A stretch of 64,000 nucleotides of DNA, from NCBI GenBank assembly GCA_038131695.1, contig JAYPQA010000018.1:2364-66363 (forward strand), in the 5' to 3' direction. Source of the DNA: Alphaproteobacteria bacterium. Lineage in GTDB: Bacteria; Pseudomonadota; Alphaproteobacteria; Puniceispirillales; Puniceispirillaceae. Positions 19,634 to 28,876 of this stretch are shown here, piece after piece. The position numbers and the translations under genes were made by a program. Positions within the stretch are counted from its first letter, which is position 1, and each line of letters starts with the position of its first letter. The notes beneath the pieces are model-generated. The model made no database searches. It saw only the letters and a list, made by a program, of their open reading frames with translations, and was not told the DNA's origin.

Positions 19634-21004
19634 CTAGCCCTTGATGCCCAGCCCGTCCCAACAGGCGGCGTAATCAGGCTGCAAACTCTTGTGACTGGCC
19701 GCAAAGTCGGTCACGATTTGCGGCAATCTGGTCTCAAACATAAAGGCCAGCGTATCGGTCAGCTTGACCGGCTGCAACGCCGCATTGGAGGCCTTGTCAA
19801 ACGCATCCAGGTCCGGCCCGTGCGGCAACATCATCGTATGCAGGCTGGTGCCGCCCGGCACAAACCCCTCTTCCTTGGCATCATATTGCCCGTAAATCAG
19901 CCCCATCAGCTCTGACATGATATTGCGGTGATACCAGGGCGGGCGGAAAGTATTTTCCGCCACCATCCAGCGCTCCGGGAAAATGACAAAATCCACATTC
20001 GCCGTCCCGGCTGTCTCAGACGGGGCGGTCAGCACGGTAAAGATAGACGGGTCCGGATGGTCAAAGGCAATCGCCCCCACTGGCGAGAAAGTCCGCAAAT
20101 CATAGCAATAGGGCGCATAATTGCCATGCCAGGCCACCACATCCAGCGGACTGTGGGCAATCTCGGTCACATGAAAGCCGCCGCACCATTTCCAAATAAT
20201 TTGATGCGGGCTGTCTGCCTCTTCAAAGGCGGCGACCGGGGTTTTGAAATCGCGTGGATTGGCCAGGCAATTTGCCCCAATGGGCCCGCGATCCGGCAGC
20301 GTGAAAGGCGCCCCGTAATTCTCGCAAATATAGCCTCTGGCCAGCTCATCCATCAGCCGGATCTTGGCCTTCATGCCGCGCGGCAGCACCGCTATCCAGC
20401 CGGGCGCAACCTGCATCACGCCCATTTCGGTAAAAATATCCAGCCCGCCCAGCTGCGGCACAATCAGCATCTCAGCATCGGCATTGACCAGCACCCGATC
20501 CGTCATGGATTTATTACAGGCATAAAGATGCGCGGCCATGCCGGTCTGGCCGGTCACATCCCCGGCCAGCGTCCAGCTGCGAATCCCGTCCAGAAAATCA
20601 GTCGGCCGATCCGGCATTTCCAGCGGGTTCCAGCGATATTGCCCCAGCGCCAGCCCGGCAGGCGGCTTGCCCGGAGCCGACAGCCAATAGGGCATATCCA
20701 TCTGGCTGAAACGGGTGATATGGCTGACTGACGGGCGGCGGCGATACAGCCAGGACCGCTCATTGGTCGCGCGCGGGGCCGTAAAAGGAGAGCCGCTCAG
20801 CTGCTCGGCATAGAGACCAAAGGCACATTTCTGCGGCGAATTCTGCCCCTGCGGCAAAGCCCCTTCCAGCGCCTCAGTCTCAAAATCATTGCCAAAACCC
20901 GGCATCATCATTTGGGGCATCATTTGGGGCGTGATTTGGGGCCCTGCTTGCGCGCGCGCTTGCGGCCCGCCTGCTGCTGCCCCCTGCAATTTCCTGTTGC
21001 TCAT
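19634..21004 (-). CDS. hmgA: homogentisate 1,2-dioxygenase
   Basis: 456 aa. It has the conserved [25 protein letters not shown] and a cupin core. The first ~30 codons include a repeat and may be 5' of the true start. Confidence 0.9.
   Translation of the reverse strand: MSNRKLQGAAAGGPQARAQAGPQITPQMMPQMMMPGFGNDFETEALEGALPQGQNSPQKCAFGLYAEQLSGSPFTAPRATNERSWLYRRRPSVSHITRFSQMDMPYWLSAPGKPPAGLALGQYRWNPLEMPDRPTDFLDGIRSWTLAGDVTGQTGMAAHLYACNKSMTDRVLVNADAEMLIVPQLGGLDIFTEMGVMQVAPGWIAVLPRGMKAKIRLMDELARGYICENYGAPFTLPDRGPIGANCLANPRDFKTPVAAFEEADSPHQIIWKWCGGFHVTEIAHSPLDVVAWHGNYAPYCYDLRTFSPVGAIAFDHPDPSIFTVLTAPSETAGTANVDFVIFPERWMVAENTFRPPWYHRNIMSELMGLIYGQYDAKEEGFVPGGTSLHTMMLPHGPDLDAFDKASNAALQPVKLTDTLAFMFETRLPQIVTDFAASHKSLQPDYAACWDGLGIKG
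20906..20941. repeat. 3 x 12-bp tandem repeat in the hmgA 5' end
   Basis: The forward sequence is CATCATTTGGGG CATCATTTGGGG CGTGATTTGGGG. On the coding strand it reads [12 protein letters not shown]. Confidence 0.6.
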
Positions 21005-21019
21005 GCCAGCCTCCTTATG

Positions 21020-21045
21020 TTATTAGTTGCATTTGTAACCAATAA
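21020..21045. promoter_or_regulatory. candidate MarR operator in the hmgA/marR divergent promoter
   Basis: 26-bp imperfect palindrome TTATTAGTTGCAtTTGTAACCAATAA (10 of 13 pairs). It is centred between the hmgA start (21004) and the MarR start (21074). Confidence 0.3.
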
Positions 21046-21073
21046 CGGCAAAAAAGGCAAGGGCTTTCCGGCT

Positions 21074-21610
21074 ATGGGCAAACAGGGGAAAAAGGGCGAT
21101 TTTCAGCTGCTGCGTTTTCTGCCCTATCTGCTGCTTCAGGCAGCTGAGCAGACGGGTGAGGGATTTGCCAGCCGCTATCGCACCAGCCACAATATCAGCC
21201 GCACGCAATGGCGTATCCTCTCGCATCTGGGCGAGGCCGGAGAGCTGACGGCCAGCCAGATTTGCAGCTCTGCCCGCCTGCACAAGACCGAGGTTAGCCG
21301 CGCGGTTGCCAGGCTGGAGGCGCGGGGATGGCTGACCCGCCGCATTGACCGCACAGACAGGCGCGCCGCGCCGCTGCAGCTCACCCCTACCGGCCGGGAA
21401 GTCTTTTACGATCTGACGGAGGCTGCCACCGCCTTTCAGGCAGAATTGGCCAGCCGGGCCGGGCCGGACTTGCTGGAGGCGTTGATAGAGCCTTTGACAC
21501 TTCTGGCTGAACTGCCAAAACAGCAAGCGGCAAACCGTTCAAAATCATCTCAAAAAAACCAGACTGGCGCAGAACCAGATGAAAGGGAGTCCTCCTTTGG
21601 CAAAGTCTGA
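21074..21610 (+). CDS. MarR-family transcriptional regulator
   Basis: ORF 20912..21610 trimmed to ATG 21074. It has a winged-helix region (TQWRILSHLGEAGELTASQICSSARLHKTEVSRAVARLEARGWLTRRIDRTDRR). Confidence 0.8.
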   Translation: MGKQGKKGDFQLLRFLPYLLLQAAEQTGEGFASRYRTSHNISRTQWRILSHLGEAGELTASQICSSARLHKTEVSRAVARLEARGWLTRRIDRTDRRAAPLQLTPTGREVFYDLTEAATAFQAELASRAGPDLLEALIEPLTLLAELPKQQAANRSKSSQKNQTGAEPDERESSFGKV

Positions 21611-23172
21611 TCATTATGACATTGCGGTTGTCGGGGCCGGGCCGGTTGGCTTGACCGCCGCGCTGGCGCTTGCCCAGCATGATTTGCGGGTTATTCTGCT
21701 GGAAGCCGGGGACGGGCCGTGCAGCGGCTCGCGTGCGATCAATATTTCGCGCCGCAGCCAGCAGATTCTGGCCGCTATCGGCATCAAACAGCCGCTTCTG
21801 GAGCGGGGTCTGGCCTTTCATCAGGCGCGATCCTATCTCGGCAAGAAAGAGATTTTCCACCTGCATATGCCCTCAACGGATTCGGATCGCTTCCCGCCCT
21901 TTCTCAATCTCCAGCAATTCGCCCTGGAAGAGATGTTGCTGGAGGCGGTCGCCGACCAGCCCTTGCTTGATCTGGTCTGCCATGCTGAGGCCGCGCTGAC
22001 CGCCCATGATGAGAACGGGGTTGCGCTTGACTGGCAGTCCGCGGCCGGGCCCCGCAGAATCACAGCTGACTGGTGTGTGGCAGCGGACGGGGCGCGCTCT
22101 GGCCTGCGCCGTCATCTGGATCTGCAGCTGAAGGGGGATGCGTATGAAAAAAACCTATCTCATTGCCGATATCCGGATGAAGACCGACCTGCCAGTTGAG
22201 CGGCGCGTCTGGTTTGACCCGGCGACCAATCCCGGCTCAACGGTTATCCTGCATCGCCAGCCGGATGATATTTTGCGCATTGACTATCAGCTGGGGCCGG
22301 ATGAAGACCCGCAGACAGAGCTGGAGGAGGCGCGGGTGCTGGCCCGCCTGCAAGCCCATCTGGACTATATCGGCTATGGCAAGGAGCCCTGGGAGCTGGT
22401 CTGGAAAAGCCTGTATAATGCCCGTGCCCTGTCGCTGGACAGCTATCATCACGGGCGTATCCTGTTTGCCGGGGATGCCGCCCATCTGGTGCCGATTTTC
22501 GGGGTGCGGGGCATGAATTCGGGCATTGATGATGCGTTCAATCTGGCCTGGAAGCTGGCGCGGGTGGCCAAGGGCACCGCCGACCCGGCCTTGCTGGACA
22601 GCTATACCGAAGAGCGGCGCGGGGCCTTTGTTGAAAATATCGCTGCCGCGCGCCTGTCCACCTTTTTCATGAGCCCGCCCGGCCCCGGCACCAGCCTGAT
22701 GCGCGATGCCGCCCTGGAGCTGGCCTGCAGCGAGCCGCAATTTCGCCCGCTGATCAATCCGCGCCAATCCTCAGCGCATTGCTATCGCTCGCGCCTTGTC
22801 CAGCCGGATGATAGGCAGGCGGGCTGGCCGGAAGGCACGCAGCCCGGCTGGCCGCTGCCTGATTTGCCTGCCCCGCAGGGCGGCAGCCTGAATGACCGGC
22901 TGGGGCCGCATCTAACCCTGATCCGCTTTGCCCCCCCTGAAACAGACGCGCCGGACCCGGATGGCTTGCCAGAGGAGACGCAGCTGATCACCCTGCCTGC
23001 CGACAGTGAGGCCGCCAGCCTGTGCGGGGCCGGGCCGGGCGACTGGTTGCTGCTGCGCCCGGACCATCATATTATGGCCCGCGGCACCGCCCGAACAGAG
23101 GGCCCAGCTGGCATCGCAGCGCAATCTCTTGACCTGTTTTCCAAAGAAAGGAGGCAGCGGCCCAATGAGTGA
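21579..23172 (+). pseudogene. FAD-dependent aromatic monooxygenase (second copy), one frameshift
   Basis: ORFs 21579..22199 and 22138..23172 with VVGAGPVGL, ADGARS and GDAAH motifs. The frame switches inside the A7 run 22147-22153 (GDAYEK | YLIADIRM). Confidence 0.8.
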
Positions 23173-23398
23173 AAAACACCCGGCCCTGAGCGCCGTTGAA
23201 ATGCGCCGCCAGGATGCCAAAATGGAAGCGCTGTTCATGCATCTCTCCGGCAGGCTGGACAGCCTGCCTGAAGAAAGGCGGCCTGTTTTTCTGGCCAAAT
23301 TATGCCTGCTGCTGGCAGACCGGCTTGATGATGAGTCGGCTTTTGCCGAAATGGTTTCAAAGCTGCTGACAACCCAAGGAGGAAAAAATGACGGATGA
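23165..23398 (+). CDS. small DUF2783-like protein (second copy), putative hydroxylase partner
   Basis: 77 aa from ATG 23165, which overlaps the monooxygenase stop (ATGAGTGA). The pattern LFMHLSGRL...FLAKLCLLLADRLDD parallels the 15804..16019 product. Confidence 0.5.
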   Translation: MSEKHPALSAVEMRRQDAKMEALFMHLSGRLDSLPEERRPVFLAKLCLLLADRLDDESAFAEMVSKLLTTQGGKNDG

Positions 23399-23431
23399 TC
23401 ATCTGACTGGCCCGCCCCGCTGGCGCGCCAT

Positions 23432-23938
23432 ATGCACCATGTTGCGCTGGAAGTAGCCGACATGGATCAATCAATTGCCTTTTATCGCAAATTCATGGGC
23501 ATGAAGCTGACCGAACGGCACCCGGCCGGGGAAAATCCAGCGATTCCGGTTGAGCTGGCCTTTTTGCGGCTGCACAGCCAGCATCATGATCTGGTTCTGG
23601 CGCATGATCCAGGCCGCGACTATATCGCCCGTGACCGCAAGGCCGGGCCGGTTGGCATCCATCACTATGCCTTTGAATGTGCTGATCGCGAAAGCTGGCT
23701 GGGCCTGCTGGACCGGGCCACTGAGATGGGGCTGAAGGTTGTGCGCGGGCCGGTGCTGCATTCCGCCAGCCAGCCGGGCGGTGATGGATCCTGGGGCGAG
23801 AATGAGAGCTTTTATGTGCTGGACCCGGATGGCCACCGGATTGAGCTGTTCTGCGAGATGGGATTTGTGGATAGTGACGGCCAGTTTGAGACAGTCCGGC
23901 ATGAAAAAATTGCTGACAGCTTCGCTGATGAGGTTTAA
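23432..23938 (+). CDS. VOC-family protein (glyoxalase / extradiol dioxygenase fold)
   Basis: 168 aa with HHVALEVADMDQSIAFYRKFMGMKL and HHYAFE ... GHRIELF motifs. The real start may be ATG 23389 (strong AAGGAGG upstream) in another frame; see findings. Confidence 0.75.
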   Translation: MHHVALEVADMDQSIAFYRKFMGMKLTERHPAGENPAIPVELAFLRLHSQHHDLVLAHDPGRDYIARDRKAGPVGIHHYAFECADRESWLGLLDRATEMGLKVVRGPVLHSASQPGGDGSWGENESFYVLDPDGHRIELFCEMGFVDSDGQFETVRHEKIADSFADEV

Positions 23939-23985
23939 GCAGGGCTGCGTTATCCAAACCTCTTTTTACAGAAAGCCCCGTTGCC

Positions 23986-24736
23986 ATGAATGATGTTATC
24001 TCACTGCTGAAAGCGCACCGGTCCATCCGCAAATTCACCGACCAGCCGATTGATCCCGATCTGCTGGGCTGATATGATCCAGGCCGGACAGGCCGCCCGC
24101 AACCTCCAGCTTTTGCAAGGGGTGACCGTTATCCGCGTCACCGATGCGGCCAAGCGGGCTGAGCTGGCCCGGCTGGCCGGCGGACAGGCTTATGTTGAGA
24201 GCGCAGCTGAATTTCTGGTTTTTTGCGGTGATTTGCGGCGCGCCTCAAAATGTTGTGACTGGCATGGGCAAACCGCGACCGAGGGCTTTACCGAGCAATT
24301 CATCATCGCCACCGTGGATGCTGCGCTGATGGCCCAGAATGTGGTTATCGCCGCCGAATCTGCCGGGCTGGGCATCTGTTATATTGGCGGCATCCGCAAT
24401 AACCCGCAAGAGGTCTCTGAGCTGCTGGAATTGCCGCGGCTGGTGACCCCGGTCTTTGGCCTGTGCCTTGGCTGGCCGGATCAGGACCCGGATTTGCGCC
24501 CGCGCCTGCCGCTCTCGGTGATGATGAAGGAAAACCGCTATGATGACAGCGCCGACCGCGACATCATCGAAGCCTATGATGAGCAGGTGCGCGCCTATTA
24601 TCAGAAGCGGGCCCAAAATCAGCCTGGCGCTGTCAAGGTGATGAGCTGGTCTGAACAAATGTCTGGTATGCTCTCGCGTGAGGCCCGCCCGCATATGCGC
24701 AGCTTCCTTGAAAAGCGCGGCTTTGCAACAAAATAA
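23986..24736 (+). pseudogene. nfsA: oxygen-insensitive NADPH nitroreductase (NfsA family), one frameshift
   Basis: A 28-codon N-terminus from ATG 23986 (MNDVISLLKAHRSIRKFTDQPI) stops at TGA 24070-24072. The remainder, in ORF 24050..24736, is collinear with E. coli NfsA (ICYIGGIRNN, GLCLGWPDQDPDLRPRLP). The switch is near 24062-24072. Confidence 0.8.
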
Positions 24737-24757
24737 GCCGCAGCCGGGCAGCCCCTC

Positions 24758-25721
24758 TCAAAGATGGCTGAAACGCAGCTTGCTGAGCTGGTGATAGGGC
24801 TGATCCGGAGCCAGGCGGATGCTGGGGAAATGCGGCTGGTTCGGCGCATCCGGCCAGCCTTGCGGCTCGAGGCACAGGCCGGCAAAAGGGCCCAGCTGGC
24901 GGCCATCTGCACCGCCCAGCCCGGCCGTTATATGCGTGCCGGTATAAAATTGCAGCCCCGGCTGATCCGTCAGCACCTCCATCACCAGACCAGAGCGCGC
25001 ACTTTCCAGCCTGGCCACCAGCTGGCAGGGCCGATTTTCCCGGGCCAGACAAAACGGGCTATCCACTGGGGCGGTCTGGCCCCCGGCAATATCGCGGAGT
25101 GATCTGGCCTGGCGAAAATCCAGCTCGGTTCCGGCAACCGGCCGCACCTCTCCGGTCGGCAGATTATCTGCATCAACAGGCAGATAGCTCTCGGCCAGAA
25201 TTTGCAGGCTGTGATCGGCAAAATCCGGCCCACCATCCAGACAAAAATAAGGATGAAAGGCCAGATTGCACAGGCTTTCTGCATCGCTGACCGCGCCCAG
25301 CTCCAGCCGCAAGACGCCGCCTTCGCTCCAGCTGGTAGCGACAGGTAAAGCGCCGATTGCCCGGAAAGCCAAGCTTGCCGTCCGGCTGCTCCAGCACCAG
25401 CTCAACAGCCTCTTGTGAATGGTCGGCAATCTGCCAGATTTGCCGGCCCAGCCCGCCAGAGCCGCCATGCAGGGTCGTGCGCCCCTTTTCATTGCGCTCA
25501 AATTCATGGCGCCTGCCGGCAATGACACAGCTGCCGTCCCGGATACGCCCGGCAACCGGCCCGGCAATCGCCCCGAAATGCTGATCATCTGTGGCAAAAT
25601 CAGCCAGCTCCAGCACCACAGATCTGTCATGCCCGGGCAGATGAAGGCTGGCCAGGGCGGCCCCGCGGCTGAGGATTTTTGCCCGCATCCCGTCTTTTTC
25701 CAGAACCACATTTTCCATCAT
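24758..25721 (-). pseudogene. galM: aldose 1-epimerase (galactose mutarotase family), one frameshift
   Basis: ORF 25173..26057 supplies the start (ATG 25721, MMENVVLEKDG ... LHGGSGGLGRQIW). ORF 24758..25711 supplies the rest (AFHPYF, CLEPQGWPDAPN). The switch is near 25340-25365. Confidence 0.75.
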
Positions 25722-25880
25722 CAAGACCTTTAATCTGACCTGTTCCGGCACCCACAAGGGCAATCTTACCCAGCTTGCCCTGGCATAGCTACGCAAGGCA
25801 AATAATTTGTTTTTTTGGCGCGGGAAAAAACAACCGCCTATTGCTTGACCTGAGAGCAGATTGGGTTCTAGCCTGATCGT

Positions 25881-27199
25881 ATGGCAAAGGAACAAAAAGA
25901 GGAAATCGGCTCCCTCTTGGAGCAGCTGCAAGAGGAAATCGCCGCCCGCCGCGACTCCTTGATCAGCGCCACTATTGAGCTGCTGGCGATACCCACGCTG
26001 AACCCGCCCGGCCAGCATTACCGGGATATTTGTGACTGGCTGGATAAACGCCTGCAAAAATCAGGCTTTCAGACGCATCTGCTGCGCGCGACCGGCACGC
26101 CCGGGGATTCAGACAAATATCCGCGCTGGAACATTATTGCCCGCCATGAGGGCAAGCAGCCCGGCCAGACGGTGCATTTTAATTCCCATACAGATATTGT
26201 CACGATCGGGGAAAGCTGGACAAAAGACCCGTATGGCGGCGACCGGCAGGGCGATATTATCTGGGGGCGTGGGGCCTGCGATATGAAAGGCGGTCTGGCC
26301 GCCTCAATAATCGCTGCCGAAGCCTTTATTGCCCGCTTTCCTGATTATCATGGCGCGATAGAGATTTCCGGCACGGCGGATGAGGAGACAGGCGGCTATG
26401 GCGGGGTGGCCTGGCTGGCTGAACAGGGCTGGTTCAATCCGGACCGGGTGGATCATGTGATTATCCCGGAGCCGCTGAACAAGGACCGGATTTGCCTTGG
26501 CCATCGCGGTGTCTGGTGGGCTGAGATTGAAACAAAGGGGCGCATTGCCCATGGCTCCATGCCTTTTTTGGGGGATTGCGCGGTGCGCCATATGGGGCGG
26601 TGCTCGAAGAGATGGAGGCCAGCCTGTTCCCGCTGCTGGCCAGCCGCACGACGCAAATGCCGGTGGTGCCTGAACAGGCCCGCCAATCTACCCTGAATAT
26701 CAATTCCATTCATGGCGGGCTGCCGGTCCCGGAAGAGGGCTATACCGGCTTTCCCTCTGCCTGTGTGCCCGATAAATGCGTGATCACCATTGACCGGCGC
26801 TATCTGATGGAAGAAGAGCCAGACGGGGTGCGCGGCGAAATTGAACAGATGCTGGACAAGATAAAGGCAGAGCGGCCCGGCTTTGACTGGGAGATCTGCG
26901 AACTCTGGCAGGTGCATCCCAGCATGACCGAAAAAGAGGCCCCGGTTGTCGGGGCGGTGGGACGGGCGATAGAGGCGGTGACCGGCCAGCCGCCTGATTT
27001 TGTCGTCTCGCCCGGCACTTATGATCAAAAGCATATTGACCGGATTGGCAAGCTGAAGAACTGTATCGCCTATGGGCCGGGTATTCTGGAGTTGGCGCAT
27101 CAGCCGGATGAGTGGATTTCCATCACCGATATGATGGACAGCGCCGCCGTGATGGGCCTGGCGCTGGCAGATTTGCTGATCCCGGAAACGGGAAAGTAA
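25881..27199 (+). pseudogene. M20-family metallopeptidase (ArgE/DapE/ACY1 type), one frameshift
   Basis: ORFs 25881..26696 and 26576..27199 with HFNSHTDIV, GACDMKGG and GTADEETGG motifs. The switch is at the G4 run 26594-26597 (AVRHMG | AVLEEMEA). Confidence 0.8.
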
Positions 27200-27288
27200 A
27201 ACAAGAAAAAGAAATGCTGGTCCAACAGCATCGGGAAAAACAAAGAAACTGGCAAAAAATAAACATAACGCCAAGGAGGAGAAGACGG

Positions 27289-28761
27289 ATGAAACTGAAC
27301 AAACTGTTTATGACAGCAGCGGCAAGCCTGTGCTTGAGCCTGTCTGTCGCGCAGGCCGCCCAGACTTCCATCACTGTGGGGATGCAGCTGGAGCCGCCCA
27401 ATCTGGACCCGACCGGCGGTGCTGCCGCCGCGATTGATGAGGTCGTCTATGCCAATGTTTTTGAAGGGCTGACCCGCTATCAGGCAGATGGCTCTATCGC
27501 CCCGGCGCTGGCCAAATCCTGGACGATTTCTGATGATGGGCTGGTCTATACATTCCAGCTGAATAGCGGCGTGCAATTCCATGATGGCAGCGCAATGGAT
27601 GCAGCAGATGTCAAATTCTCGCTGGATCGCGCGCGGGCTGAGGATTCCACCAATGCCCAAAAGCGGCTCTTTACCGGCATTGCTTCGGTAGATGTGGTCA
27701 ATCCGATGACCGTAAAAATCACCCTGTCCAACCCGGATGGCGGCTTTATCACCAATCTGGCCTGGGGGGATGCGGTTATTGTGGCTGAAGAGAGCATTGG
27801 CTCAGCAGCCAACAGCCCGGTCGGCACCGGCCCGTTCAAATTTTCCCGCTGGGTGCAGGGGGATCGCATTGAGCTGGTCCGCAACCCAAATTATTGGGGC
27901 CAGCCGGTCGCGCTGGAGAAGGCAACCTTCAAATTCATCTCCGACCCGACCGCTGCCTTTGCTGCGATGATGGCGGGTGATATTGATGCCTTCCCGGGCT
28001 ATCCGGCTCCGGAAACCCTGCCGCAATTTGAGGCAGACCCACGTTTTGCGGTGATTGTCGGCTCCACTGAGGGCGAGACTATCCTGTCCACCAATAACAA
28101 ACGGGTGTCTGACAAGCGGGTGCGTCAGGCGATTGCCCATGCCATTAACCGCCAGGAAATTATCGACGGGGCGATGTTTGGCTTTGGCACGCCGATTGGC
28201 ACCCATTTCGCGCCGCACCATCCGGACTATGTCGATCTGACCGGCAATTCTGCCTATGATCCGGCCAAGTCAAAGGCACTGCTGAAAGCGGCCGGGGCGG
28301 AAAACCTGACCCTGTCCTTGAAGCTGCCGCCGCCTTCTTATGCGCGCCGCGGCGGTGAGATTATCGCCGCCCAGCTGCGGGCTGTTGGTATCCAGACAGA
28401 GATTGAAAATCTGGAATGGGCGCAATGGCTGGAGCAGGTCTTCCGCGGCAAGGATTATGATCTGACCATTGTCTCGCATACCGAACCGATGGACATCGGC
28501 ATCTATGCGAACCCGGACTATTATTTCCAGTATGACAATGCAGATTTCCAGAAGATGATCGCGGATCTGAAGCTGGCCAGCAAGCCGGCAGACCGGACCA
28601 GATTGCTGCAAGCTGCCCAAAAGCAGATCGCGTCTGATTATGTCAATGGCTATCTGTTCCAGCTGGCCAGAACCGGGGTGGCCAATGCCAAGATCAAGGG
28701 GCTTTGGGAAAATTCCCCGACACAGGCCAATGATCTGACCGGCGTCAGCTGGGCTGATTGA
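27289..28761 (+). CDS. ABC transporter substrate-binding protein, family 5 (peptide/nickel type)
   Basis: ORF 27112..28761 trimmed to ATG 27289, which follows AAGGAGGAG. It has a signal peptide (MKLNKLFMTAAASLCLSLSVAQA). Body length is ~490 aa. Confidence 0.85.
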   Translation: MKLNKLFMTAAASLCLSLSVAQAAQTSITVGMQLEPPNLDPTGGAAAAIDEVVYANVFEGLTRYQADGSIAPALAKSWTISDDGLVYTFQLNSGVQFHDGSAMDAADVKFSLDRARAEDSTNAQKRLFTGIASVDVVNPMTVKITLSNPDGGFITNLAWGDAVIVAEESIGSAANSPVGTGPFKFSRWVQGDRIELVRNPNYWGQPVALEKATFKFISDPTAAFAAMMAGDIDAFPGYPAPETLPQFEADPRFAVIVGSTEGETILSTNNKRVSDKRVRQAIAHAINRQEIIDGAMFGFGTPIGTHFAPHHPDYVDLTGNSAYDPAKSKALLKAAGAENLTLSLKLPPPSYARRGGEIIAAQLRAVGIQTEIENLEWAQWLEQVFRGKDYDLTIVSHTEPMDIGIYANPDYYFQYDNADFQKMIADLKLASKPADRTRLLQAAQKQIASDYVNGYLFQLARTGVANAKIKGLWENSPTQANDLTGVSWAD

Positions 28762-28789
28762 TAGCGGCCTCGTGCCTTGCAACCTTTTT

Positions 28790-28824
28790 CCGGCAGCCGG
28801 GTAACTGGCTGCCGGGTGTTTTTT
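28790..28824 (+). terminator. intra-operon rho-independent terminator/attenuator after the binding-protein gene
   Basis: Hairpin CCGGCAGCC-gggtaact-GGCTGCCGG followed by GTGTTTTTT. Confidence 0.6.
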
Positions 28825-28876
28825 CGTAAGAATATTTTTGAAATGACTCACAAACAGATAAGGTGACGAGGCAAAT

